64,000 bases of DNA from an uncultured Nitrososphaerales archaeon (GTDB lineage Archaea > Thermoproteota > Nitrososphaeria > Nitrososphaerales > Nitrososphaeraceae). The DNA lies in NCBI GenBank assembly GCA_963713605.1, contig CAVQMO010000001.1:992001-1056000 (forward strand), given 5' to 3'. Under the pieces are notes generated by a model. The model was not told the origin of the DNA, made no database searches, and saw only the letters and a list, made by a program, of their open reading frames with translations. Shown piece by piece: positions 45,622-54,557 of the stretch; within the stretch, counting starts at the first letter, position 1, and every line of letters begins with the position of its first letter. The position numbers were made by a program, and so were the translations under genes.

Positions 45622-45884
45622 TAACAAGTGAGAATTTGATTTTCCATGAATTAGTCGGACTCTACGCCCGCACGTTCGATTCTGGTCCATATTCTGGGCT
45701 ATCTGGGTATATTGTTAAGGAAACAAAGAACATGATCACTCTTAGATCTGGTGAGGTACTGAAGAGTTTGCCAAAAAATTGTATTAATATTAGGTTAACT
45801 CTTCCTAATTGCGGTTGCTTTATAAGTGGAAACAGTCTGATAGGGAGACCAGAGGACCGAATTGTAAGGAAGAGCTTGGGATGA
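45618..45884 (+). CDS. rnp1: Ribonuclease P protein component 1 (Rpp29/Pop4)
   Basis: NLIFHELVGL, G.IVKETKNM, GRPEDRI. Confidence 0.9.
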   Translation: MITSENLIFHELVGLYARTFDSGPYSGLSGYIVKETKNMITLRSGEVLKSLPKNCINIRLTLPNCGCFISGNSLIGRPEDRIVRKSLG

Positions 45885-45887
45885 ATT

Positions 45888-46211
45888 ATGGTTAGAAATA
45901 TTGGTATTTCTGTGTCTCCGCCCCGGAGGTCCTGTGAAGATATACATTGTCCTTTTCACGGTAAACTCTCGGTTAGAGGTCGAGTTTTTACCGGTACTTT
46001 AGTTAGTGCTAAAGCTCGAAAAATGGTTGTAGTCGAACATCAATATTCTAGGCCGGTAACAAAATACAAAAGATTTGAAAGGAGCAAATCAAAAATGCAT
46101 GCATATGCTCCCGAATGTATGGATGTAGTTGAAGGAAAACGGGTACGGATCGCAGAATGCCGGCCTTTGACAAAGACGGTTGCTTTTGTGGTGATAGAGG
46201 TGGAACAATAG
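45888..46211 (+). CDS. rps17: 30S ribosomal protein S17
   Basis: CEDIHCPFHG, KYKRFE, ECRPLTKT. Confidence 0.96.
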   Translation: MVRNIGISVSPPRRSCEDIHCPFHGKLSVRGRVFTGTLVSAKARKMVVVEHQYSRPVTKYKRFERSKSKMHAYAPECMDVVEGKRVRIAECRPLTKTVAFVVIEVEQ

Positions 46212-46646
46212 ATGTCCTCTAAGTCAAGAGCTGTTTCGGCAAAAGGCGTGGAGGAATTCAGGCCCTATGTTACAAGAGCACTACCTATGTCTGCTAGTTT
46301 GGTGTGTGCAGATAATACCGGCGCCAAGATTCTTCGCATTGCTCAAGTAAAAAGATTTAAGGGGCGGCATTCCCGTTTACCGTCAGCTGCGGTAGGCGAC
46401 TTTGTAACCGTGACCGTCAAGAAAGGTCCGGCAGAGTTAAGAAAGCAAATTTTTGGCGCAGTAATAATTAGGCAAAAATACCCTGTCAGAAGGTTAAACG
46501 GAAATAGATTAGTCTTTGAAGATAACGCTGCGGTATTGGTCACTCCTGAGGGTGAGATCAAGGGGACAGACATAAAAGGGCCGGTGGCTGCAGAGGCTGC
46601 TGAAAAATGGCCGAGAATTGCAAATTTGGCTGCACTAATCGTTTGA
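46212..46646 (+). CDS. rpl14: 50S ribosomal protein L14
   Basis: CADNTGAK, FEDNAAV, GPVA.E. Confidence 0.97.
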   Translation: MSSKSRAVSAKGVEEFRPYVTRALPMSASLVCADNTGAKILRIAQVKRFKGRHSRLPSAAVGDFVTVTVKKGPAELRKQIFGAVIIRQKYPVRRLNGNRLVFEDNAAVLVTPEGEIKGTDIKGPVAAEAAEKWPRIANLAALIV

Positions 46647-46671
46647 ATGATGAATGGAGTAGAGAAATATT

Positions 46672-47112
46672 TTGACAAATAGATTAATAGGCGTCGTCTC
46701 AAAGAATTTGACAGAACGCATACTGAGGTCTCCTCTTTCGCGTGCCCTTCGGGAAAAATATGGAAGACGCAACTTAAGAGTGATTGCCGGAGATACAATC
46801 AAAGTATTTCGTGGTGAATACAGTGGTATCGAAGGAAAAGTTGAAAAAGTTAACATGAAGCGGGGAAGTCTCGCTATTGAAGGTATTCAAAGAGAAAAGG
46901 TGCGGGGAGGAAATGTAAAGGTGGAAATTAATTCTACTAATGTAGTAATTACCGATTTGGATTTGGATGATAAATATCGACAAGCTCTGATTCAAAGAAT
47001 TCATGAACCAGAGAAAAAAAATCCGAGTGAAAAGAAACATAGAGTTAGGAAACAAACCAAGCGACATTTAATAAATAAGAGAAAGAGTAAAACCAAAGGA
47101 GGAGAGAAATAG
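46672..47112 (+). CDS. rpl24: 50S ribosomal protein L24
   Basis: LSRALREKYG, GDTIKV.RG KOW motif. Confidence 0.93.
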   Translation: MTNRLIGVVSKNLTERILRSPLSRALREKYGRRNLRVIAGDTIKVFRGEYSGIEGKVEKVNMKRGSLAIEGIQREKVRGGNVKVEINSTNVVITDLDLDDKYRQALIQRIHEPEKKNPSEKKHRVRKQTKRHLINKRKSKTKGGEK

Positions 47113-47114
47113 AT

Positions 47115-47834
47115 TTGGCAAAGAAGGGAGGAGATACTACTGTCAAGAGGCAGCGTGCTCCTTCATTTTGGAAAATTAGACGAAAGCAAGGCCAATTTGT
47201 GGTCCGTGCAAGACCGGGGCCCCACCCTAAAGCTATTTGTTATCCGCTTGGGATTCTGCTTAGAGATGTATTAGGAGTCGGTCAGAACATGGACGAAGTA
47301 AAAAGAATGCTCAATGATGGAAAGGTATCTGTAGATGGAGTTGTAAGGAGAAGCATTGGTTGGCCGGTAGGACTAATGGATATTATAGAGCTGATTCCCT
47401 TATCACAGGCCTTCCGTTTAGTACCAAAAAATAGGAATCTCTTGGTCCCAGTTCTTCTTTCAAAACAGACCGAAAAGAGCCTAAAATTGCTAAGGGTAAC
47501 ACTTAGGAAAACGATTAAGGGGAAAAAAACACAATACGGTTTTCATGACGGTAAGACGTTGATTGGGACTGAGCAGTATTCCGTGGGAGATACATGTTTG
47601 GTTGATCTCTTGAATAAAGAGGTCAAGTCACATATGAAATTAGAGAAAGATTCAATTGTCCTTGTTACGAAAGGCGAGAATGCAGGTGCTATTGGAAAGA
47701 TTGAAGAAATTCGTGAGGGCCTTTTCTCATTGCCTAGACGAACGGTGGTTTCATTTGGTGATAGGTCAGTTGATTTACCCGTACAGATGGTCATGTTGGT
47801 CGGTGACGAAGAGCCGATAATTCAGGTGAGTTAA
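47115..47834 (+). CDS. rps4e: 30S ribosomal protein S4e
   Basis: KRQRAP.FW, PGPH, VDG.VR, PVGLMD, HDG. Confidence 0.95.
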   Translation: MAKKGGDTTVKRQRAPSFWKIRRKQGQFVVRARPGPHPKAICYPLGILLRDVLGVGQNMDEVKRMLNDGKVSVDGVVRRSIGWPVGLMDIIELIPLSQAFRLVPKNRNLLVPVLLSKQTEKSLKLLRVTLRKTIKGKKTQYGFHDGKTLIGTEQYSVGDTCLVDLLNKEVKSHMKLEKDSIVLVTKGENAGAIGKIEEIREGLFSLPRRTVVSFGDRSVDLPVQMVMLVGDEEPIIQVS

Positions 47835-48362
47835 ATGGGTACGGATACTTCGAGTTCGGAAAATATTATGAGAAGGATTTCTGTGGGGAAGGTTGTTATC
47901 AACATCGGGGTCGGTAAATCTGGAGAACCTGTTGAAAGGGCTAAGCATGGCTTAGAAGATTTGACTGGTAAAATTCCGAATGTGACAACGGCTAAAAAAA
48001 ATTTGCGAGATTTTGGAATTCACCAAGGAGAACCGATCGGAGCGATGGTGACACTGAGAAGGAAGGATGCAACAGATTTCTTGAAAAGGTGTTTAGAAGT
48101 TAAAGGCAATAAGATGAATATCAGTTCCTTCGATAATTTTGGCAACATTTCTATGGGCATACGTGAACATATAGACATCCCTGGTACGAAATACAACCCA
48201 GATATAGGTATCTTTGGCATGAACGTCTGCGTTAGTTTGGTGCGGCCAGGTTATAGCATTTCCAAGAAAAGAGGTAAGAGTAAGATCGGCAAAGGACACC
48301 GGATTAGTAAGGATGGGGCAATTGAATTCTTTACAAGCGGATTCGGAGTTGAAGTATTATAA
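47835..48362 (+). CDS. rpl5: 50S ribosomal protein L5
   Basis: [28 protein letters not shown]. Confidence 0.96.
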   Translation: MGTDTSSSENIMRRISVGKVVINIGVGKSGEPVERAKHGLEDLTGKIPNVTTAKKNLRDFGIHQGEPIGAMVTLRRKDATDFLKRCLEVKGNKMNISSFDNFGNISMGIREHIDIPGTKYNPDIGIFGMNVCVSLVRPGYSISKKRGKSKIGKGHRISKDGAIEFFTSGFGVEVL

Positions 48363-48541
48363 TGCCAAAACCAAGAGATTATGAAATTACCAAGAGGAGA
48401 AAAATTGTCCATGGTAAGGGTTCGAGGTGGTGCAAGAGATGTGGTGCGTATAATGGATTGATACAACAGTATAAATTGTTCCTATGTAGACAGTGTTTTA
48501 GAGAAGTTGCCCAGCACTTGGGCTTTTACAAGTACGAATGA
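48362..48541 (+). CDS. rps14: 30S ribosomal protein S14 (Zn-type; 59 aa, absent from the ORF track)
   Basis: Manual translation MPKPRD...[11 protein letters not shown]...[16 protein letters not shown]. Confidence 0.95.
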   Translation: MPKPRDYEITKRRKIVHGKGSRWCKRCGAYNGLIQQYKLFLCRQCFREVAQHLGFYKYE

Positions 48542-48563
48542 ATGGGAGGATGATAATGGTTAA

Positions 48564-48957
48564 ATGCCAGCATTAAATGTGTTAGCAAATTTGCTAAATA
48601 CCCTATATAATAACGAATCGAGAAGAAAAAAGGAGTGTATTGTTGTGCCTGCGTCTCGATTCACTAGCGAAGTCTTACGTGTTATGCAGAAACATCATTA
48701 CGTCGGCGAATTCGAACAAATTGACGATGGAAGATCGGGGAAGTTTCGTATTCAACTTCTAGTCTGCTATAAACAAATGTGGGATAGTTACTCCAAAGTA
48801 TAGTGTTAGAAAGAATGGCTATCTTGATTGGGAAAGACGATACTTACCTGCATTTAGCATGGGTGTATTGATTGTCTCAACGAGTAAAGGTGTTATGTCA
48901 CATCACGAAGCCCAACAGCTTGGTTTAGGTGGAGTCCTAGTGGGTTATGTGTACTGA
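48564..48957 (+). CDS. rps8: 30S ribosomal protein S8 (frameshift near 48765)
   Basis: [29 protein letters not shown] in the shifted frame. Confidence 0.94.
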
Positions 48958-48976
48958 AAAAATTCCGATTGAGAAA

Positions 48977-49510
48977 ATGAGCGTTGATCTAACAATACCT
49001 TTAGAAGTAACTGTATCCAAAAAAGAAAACCATATTCAAGTTAGTGGAAAGTTAGGAACCCTAAGAAAAGATCTGTCGAAAATTCCGATAAAAGTGGACA
49101 TCGTTCAGGATAGTATTAAAATTTCCTCGTACGGAAAGAGGAAGAGAGATTTTGCGATCATTAACACTGCAAAAAGCATTTTGAACAATATGATCCGTGG
49201 GGTAGAGCAAGGATACACTTATCGATTAAAAATTGTTTTTGCGCATTTCCCCATCTCTGTTAAGGTAAAAGGTTCTGAGGTTCATGTTGAAAATATTTTT
49301 GGTGAGAGAGCACCAAGAATAGCCACGATCGTGGGCAGTAATACAAAAGTGAAGACAAGTGGCGATGACGTATTGGTAACCGGACCGAGTATTGAAGACG
49401 TGTCTCAAACTGCTGCAAATATAGAGTCATCAACAAAGATAAAGGGCAAGGACCAGCGGGTATTTCTCGATGGATTATACATTTATTCTAGAGAACCCGG
49501 AATCACGTAG
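48977..49510 (+). CDS. rpl6: 50S ribosomal protein L6
   Basis: FAHFPI, N.FGER.PR, QTAANIE, KD.RVFLDGLY. Confidence 0.96.
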   Translation: MSVDLTIPLEVTVSKKENHIQVSGKLGTLRKDLSKIPIKVDIVQDSIKISSYGKRKRDFAIINTAKSILNNMIRGVEQGYTYRLKIVFAHFPISVKVKGSEVHVENIFGERAPRIATIVGSNTKVKTSGDDVLVTGPSIEDVSQTAANIESSTKIKGKDQRVFLDGLYIYSREPGIT

Positions 49511-49681
49511 AAACATGTGTTAATCGTAGGGTTAATGTTAGAAATTGGAAGTATATTTATTCCATATATTTCAAATCTCGAGTTTAGAAAGATGTTATTT
49601 ATGGCCAGCATTTCATATGCTAGTAAGTTATTTTGGAGATGTAAAACGGGCTCAAGCATACCTTTTAATTGATTAAGAGGA

Positions 49682-50431
49682 GTGTATCCTAACGTGAAAG
49701 GCGTTATACTTGCTGGGGGATTAGGAAAGAGACTTAGGCCAATCACCGATGAGAGGCCGAAACCTATGATAGAAGTTTCCGACCGACCAATAATCGAATG
49801 GCAAATCAGATGGTTCAAAAATCATGAAGTTGATGAAATTGTCATATGTGTAGGATACCTTAAGGAGCGTATTATTGACTACATCGGAAGCGGAAACAGA
49901 TTCGGTGTAAAAGTAGGTTATGCTGTTGAAGAGGAGCCACTGGGAACTGGAGGAGCACTGAAGAATGCTCGGAGCCTGATCAACAGTTCTAAAGATGAGG
50001 GTTTCTTTATGGTCAATGGTGATATTCTGACCGATTTAGACCCAAATGCTCTAAAGCACACCAAGAATTCTGCACTTGCACTGGTACCATTGAAGAGTCC
50101 ATATGGTGTTATTGAGCTGGACAAGAACGGCCTTGTTACTGGTTTTGCAGAAAAACCACTGATTAATGACAAATGGATTAATGCTGGGGTCTATTTTTTC
50201 ACTAACAGTGTTTTCGATATTCTACCTGACCATGGAAATATAGAAACATCGGCTTTACCCATCATGGCAAAGAATCGAAATTTAAAGGGCGTAACATTTT
50301 CTACTTCTTTCTGGAGATCGGTTGATTCCCATAAAGATATGGACGAGGCTACCAAGGAAATTCAGAGTTCTCAATTAGTTTCGCGAGGTGAGCTAAATGA
50401 ATTCTCGTGGAGGAATCAAGACAGGATATAG
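49682..50431 (+). CDS. Sugar-phosphate nucleotidyltransferase family protein
   Basis: LAGGLGKRL, PKPM, LGTGG, NGD, EKP, NAGVY. Confidence 0.9.
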   Translation: MYPNVKGVILAGGLGKRLRPITDERPKPMIEVSDRPIIEWQIRWFKNHEVDEIVICVGYLKERIIDYIGSGNRFGVKVGYAVEEEPLGTGGALKNARSLINSSKDEGFFMVNGDILTDLDPNALKHTKNSALALVPLKSPYGVIELDKNGLVTGFAEKPLINDKWINAGVYFFTNSVFDILPDHGNIETSALPIMAKNRNLKGVTFSTSFWRSVDSHKDMDEATKEIQSSQLVSRGELNEFSWRNQDRI

Positions 50432-51399
50432 TCTGGGGACATTGCTTTCCATCGACGAGATTTTGAGATTTTCGCGTCTCGCAGATAGCTATAAGAATGT
50501 TCACTCACTGTGGGTACCTGAAACCTGGGGACGAGAAGCATTTATGCACACTTGGGGCGATTTCTCAAGTTGCCCATTATCCGAAATTAGGCACAGCAAT
50601 ACTTAACATATATTCGAGAACACCTTCTACGATAGCAATGGGTGGGGTTACTCTTGATATCCTCTCAAGGAATCGAACCTTGTTGGGGCTAGGGGTAAGC
50701 ACTAGCGGGATCATTGAAGGTTGGCATGGAATAGCCTTCGATAAACCCCTTGCCAGAATGAAGGAGATGATTACTCTCCTTAGGCTCATTTGGACAGGAA
50801 ATCCGGTATCATTCAAGGGAGATTTCTTTAGTGTTTCGAATTTTAAACTCTTGCATTCCCCGCCCCGGACTTCAATTCCCATATTTTTGGCTGCGGTGAA
50901 TCCGCTAATGATAACACTTTCCCTATCGGTTGCAGAGGGTCTACTTCTCTACTTGAGACCCTTTAATGAATTAAGGTCCACGGTTCAGAAGATAAGGAAA
51001 GAAATAACGAGGCCTTTCGAATTGGCTTCAGCCTTCATATGCTCCATTTCTGATGAGTATCCTGATAGGGCAAGAATGCGCGCGGCAAAGACCCTGGCAT
51101 TTTATATTTCAGTGGGAATATATTACAGGACACTCATATCAAACTCTGGTTTCGCGGATGAGACGGATACCATTGTTGAGGAGTACAACAAGCGAGGACT
51201 AGATGCAGCCTCCAAAATTGTTTCTGATAAATTCCTGGACGAAATTGCAATTTGCGGTGATTCCGAACAAGGCAGACGCTCTATGCAAAGATTTATCTCT
51301 GCAGGAATAACACTTCCAATATTACAAATTAATCCTGTAGAAGGAGAGGACACTCAAAAATCCTTCATTAGATTTTTGGAGACTTTTTCGAATGAATAA
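50397..51399 (+). CDS. LLM-class (Mer-like, probably F420-dependent) oxidoreductase (frameshift near 50545)
   Basis: SLWVPE.WGR, LGTAILNIYSRTP, LGLG.S. Confidence 0.87.
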
Positions 51400-52492
51400 A
51401 GTGGCCATCGTGGGCTATGCCACTACTAAATTTCAAAAATTAACAGACAAATCGGTCTACGAATTGGCTTGTGAACCATCAATGGAAGTTTTGAGGTCTT
51501 CAAAAATAACGGCAAATAAGATAGAAGGCGTGTTGTTTTCGAGCTGTTCGCATGATCTTTATGGTGGAGCAATAGCGTCTGAAATGTTAGGCCTAAATCC
51601 CAAAATAACATGTAGGATTGATAATCTTTGTAATTCCGGTACCGTCGCGATATCAGCTGCATATTCATATATTTCTTCAGGACTGTATAATTCAATTTTA
51701 GTAGTTGGTGCAGAGCTGCGTAATAGCCCTGGTTCTAAGCTCATCTGGGATGTATCAAGAGGACATTTTACCTCTCCGATTTACTGGGCATCGGTATTTG
51801 CTAAAATGCATATGCGAAAGTATGGGACAACTGAAGCAGATATGGCAGCCATAGCAGTCAAGAATAGATCATTGTCGGTAAACAATCCGAATGCAATGTT
51901 CCACAAACCAATTTCACTTGAAGATGTATTGAATTCTAGGAAGCTAGTTGATCCAATTAAGTTGCTAGATTGCAGTTCACTCTGCTCAGGAGCTGCTAGC
52001 CTGCTACTTGTCTCTGAGGATCTTGCCAGAACTTTAGATGTTCAACCAGTCTGGATAGACGGAATAGGACAGCAAACCAGCTGTGCAAGCGTAGCGCACG
52101 CTATACCAGAAATATTTAAGAAAGGATCAGGTAAATTAGCAGTGGCACATGCCTATAAAATGGCCAGAATGAAACCCTCAGATATACAAGTTGCAGAAAT
52201 TCATGATGCATTTACAATAATGGAAATCATGGCATATGAGGACTTGGGGTTTGCAAGAACAGGAAAAGGAACATCGTATGCGTTAGACGGAAATATTGCA
52301 GTAAACCCTAGAGGTGGAATTCTCGGATCAGGTCATCCAATCGGCGCAACAGGGATCGCCCAGGTGTGCGAAATAGTATGCCAGTTAAGGCATGAGGCAG
52401 GAGCGCGTCAGGTGGGTGGTTGTAACGTAGGACTAGTTCATAACCTCGCAGCGGCAGGAACCTCAGCAACAATAATGGTCCTTCGATCGTGA
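51392..52492 (+). CDS. Archaeal thiolase family protein (acetyl-CoA acetyltransferase)
   Basis: NLCNSG, EIHDAF, GHPIGATG, HNL. Confidence 0.92.
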   Translation: MNKVAIVGYATTKFQKLTDKSVYELACEPSMEVLRSSKITANKIEGVLFSSCSHDLYGGAIASEMLGLNPKITCRIDNLCNSGTVAISAAYSYISSGLYNSILVVGAELRNSPGSKLIWDVSRGHFTSPIYWASVFAKMHMRKYGTTEADMAAIAVKNRSLSVNNPNAMFHKPISLEDVLNSRKLVDPIKLLDCSSLCSGAASLLLVSEDLARTLDVQPVWIDGIGQQTSCASVAHAIPEIFKKGSGKLAVAHAYKMARMKPSDIQVAEIHDAFTIMEIMAYEDLGFARTGKGTSYALDGNIAVNPRGGILGSGHPIGATGIAQVCEIVCQLRHEAGARQVGGCNVGLVHNLAAAGTSATIMVLRS

Positions 52493-52510
52493 TACTTGGA
52501 GTAGTATTTA

Positions 52511-52876
52511 ATGCGACGGTTTATGAATCAACTAAAAAATGGCACATTTGTAATTTCTTATTGTGCAGCTTGCAAAAAGAAGATTTGGCCACCGTACGAA
52601 AACTGTCCTGCCTGCTATCGTAGAACATCAACAGTAAATGCTGGCAAATTCGGAAGGATCGTCGAATTTAGCAGATCCTGGCTAGAGGAAGGCGGGGTAA
52701 TTGTAGCACTAATAGATATGGATGGGATCTTGTTGTTGGGTACTATTTTAGAAGGACGAGGGATCGCTGTGGGGTCCGCGGTGGAATTGGTAGCCACAGG
52801 AGCATCTTCCGATGGAAAGATCCATTTCCATTTCAGAATACTGGATCGGTTTGATTCATATACTATGAATAAATAA
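52511..52876 (+). CDS. DUF35-type Zn-ribbon/OB-fold thiolase partner
   Basis: CAAC...WPP...CPAC, adjacent to thiolase. Confidence 0.85.
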   Translation: MRRFMNQLKNGTFVISYCAACKKKIWPPYENCPACYRRTSTVNAGKFGRIVEFSRSWLEEGGVIVALIDMDGILLLGTILEGRGIAVGSAVELVATGASSDGKIHFHFRILDRFDSYTMNK

Positions 52877-52893
52877 TGTATCTAAAGTGAGTT

Positions 52894-53254
52894 ATGAGTT
52901 ACGATAGATTTGTCGACGATCGACTCCTTACCAGCAGAGATGCCCTCAACACTACACAGATGAAACTCAAATTAGTGGAAGTCGATGAAGGAGCCAGAGA
53001 TTTCTCACAACGGTTCGGGAAAAGAGTTCTAGTTAAAAAAGTTCTTCTCACGATGAAGTATTCGAAAACAGAGGAGGTGGAAGAAGTAGAACTGGATCTC
53101 TGAGTTACTTGAGAACAAACTGAGAAAGGAACGATTATTCTCTTCCTCAAACAGGTGGGTATCATCAAATGAAATAAAGAATGGATATATAATTGCAAAT
53201 CGACATCTTGATTTGCTTGCCGATGCGATAGCATTAGACATAATATCATTCTGA
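52894..53254 (+). CDS. Hypothetical protein (frameshifted near 53100-53120)
   Basis: MSYDRFVDDRLL... continues as KERLFSSSNRW...ALDIISF to TGA 53252-53254. Confidence 0.65.
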
Positions 53255-53288
53255 CATTGGTGGACATCTGAGTAGGACAATATCAAAG

Positions 53289-53398
53289 CGCCGCTGATCA
53301 GACTCGAACTGATGACCCACTGGTTAACAGCCAGCGAATCTCCAGAGGAGTTTTCCAAACCACGCTAGAATTGCTCTACCATGCTGAGCTACAGTGGC
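53289..53398 (-). tRNA. tRNA-Asn(GTT) with 36-nt non-canonical intron (approx. 53335-53370, position 27/28)
   Basis: GCTC/GAGC D-stem; removing the insert gives a perfect ACTGG-CTGTTAA-CCAGT arm; ATCAG-TTCGAGT-CTGAT T-arm. Confidence 0.9.
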
Positions 53399-53699
53399 GC
53401 AATATTGCATAGCATTATTGGACAAATTAAATGTTGTGTTACACTAAATAATAGGAAATAATTCATCATCTCTCCGAAAGGAGTTAATTGACCTGCATAA
53501 AATCAATAGGAACCCCACCTGTACCCATGATAAAAATGTCGTGATTAAGTTGTCATAACATTATTTGGTCAGACTAGATTGCTTAATTTGTCGATTCTAG
53601 GTAGGGGTTATAGCCAGCAAAATATGGAGTTGTTCATAGCATAATAGGCAAACTACACTGAAGTCTATTCTCTGAATTGTGTTAACAGGGAGGCTTTCA

Positions 53700-53865
53700 A
53701 GACATTATTTGGTCTTTGACGAATTTCGTAAACAATCTGATAATGTCTGACAGTTCAGAAAAGGACCCATTTCTGAATTGTCCAATAAAGAGAACGTTTT
53801 TTTTACTTTGGAAAGCTGGGGAAATTGGGGCTTCGTTTGAAAAGGTGGAGATACCCTTTTTGAAC
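53700..53865. repeat. Cluster of imperfect palindromes (candidate res/recombination site) upstream of a serine recombinase
   Basis: 53700-53748 palindrome; 53749-53782 GACAGTTCAGAAAAGG-AC-CCATTTCTGAATTGTC (14/16 arm match); 53835-53865 GTTTGAAAAGG-N9-CCTTTTTGAAC. Confidence 0.65.
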
Positions 53866-53930
53866 TTTTTGTCTTGGATGGTTGACAATTTGTTTAAATA
53901 ACCTCATAGACGGCTTGCTATAATTAAGTC

Positions 53931-54521
53931 ATGTACGCATTCGCCTACCTAAGGGTTAGTACCGAAGAACAGACTGTTATGAATCAGAAACTTGTTCTAG
54001 ACAAATGGGCTTCAGACCATGATTTTGATATTCTCTCTTATTTCGAAGACTCGTCCGTAAGTGGAAGAATTCCAGCAATTAGGAGGCGTGCTTTCAGGGA
54101 TATGCTCGAGATCATTAAAGCAGATTCCGTAGATGCCATATTAGTATATGAACTTTCCAGAGTCGGGAGAACATTCTGGGATACGCTTGACGCGATAAAA
54201 GCCATTGAAGAATTTGCTCCGTTGATTTCTTGTTCACCACGGGAAACTTTCCTCCAGAGCACTGAACCCAGTGTCAGAAAGTTGATGATAGGCATACTCA
54301 CTTGGGTTGCAGAAAGAGAACGAGAAATGCTGGTCCAACGAACCAAGGATGGTATGAAGAGGGCTAAGGAATTCGGCAAAAGAATTGGAAGGCCACAGGC
54401 GATGATAGATAGGAACATGCTTGTCAAACTGCTTGCAGACAACGCTCCCCGTTCTAGGATTGCAAATGATTTAGGGATTTCGAAAGCGACGCTATATAAG
54501 GAGTTAAGACAAATGCAGTGA
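53931..54521 (+). CDS. Serine recombinase (resolvase/invertase) with C-terminal HTH
   Basis: YLRVST (catalytic Ser), SG...R, LSRVGR, AEREREML..RT..G, GRP, LGISKATLY. Confidence 0.95.
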   Translation: MYAFAYLRVSTEEQTVMNQKLVLDKWASDHDFDILSYFEDSSVSGRIPAIRRRAFRDMLEIIKADSVDAILVYELSRVGRTFWDTLDAIKAIEEFAPLISCSPRETFLQSTEPSVRKLMIGILTWVAEREREMLVQRTKDGMKRAKEFGKRIGRPQAMIDRNMLVKLLADNAPRSRIANDLGISKATLYKELRQMQ

Positions 54522-54557
54522 AAGCTTCTGTATTCTACCATGATTATCACACTTTTT

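Noticed and set aside
53931..54521. IS607-family transposase
   Set aside because: The HTH is C-terminal (resolvase/invertase layout), not N-terminal, and no tnpB follows
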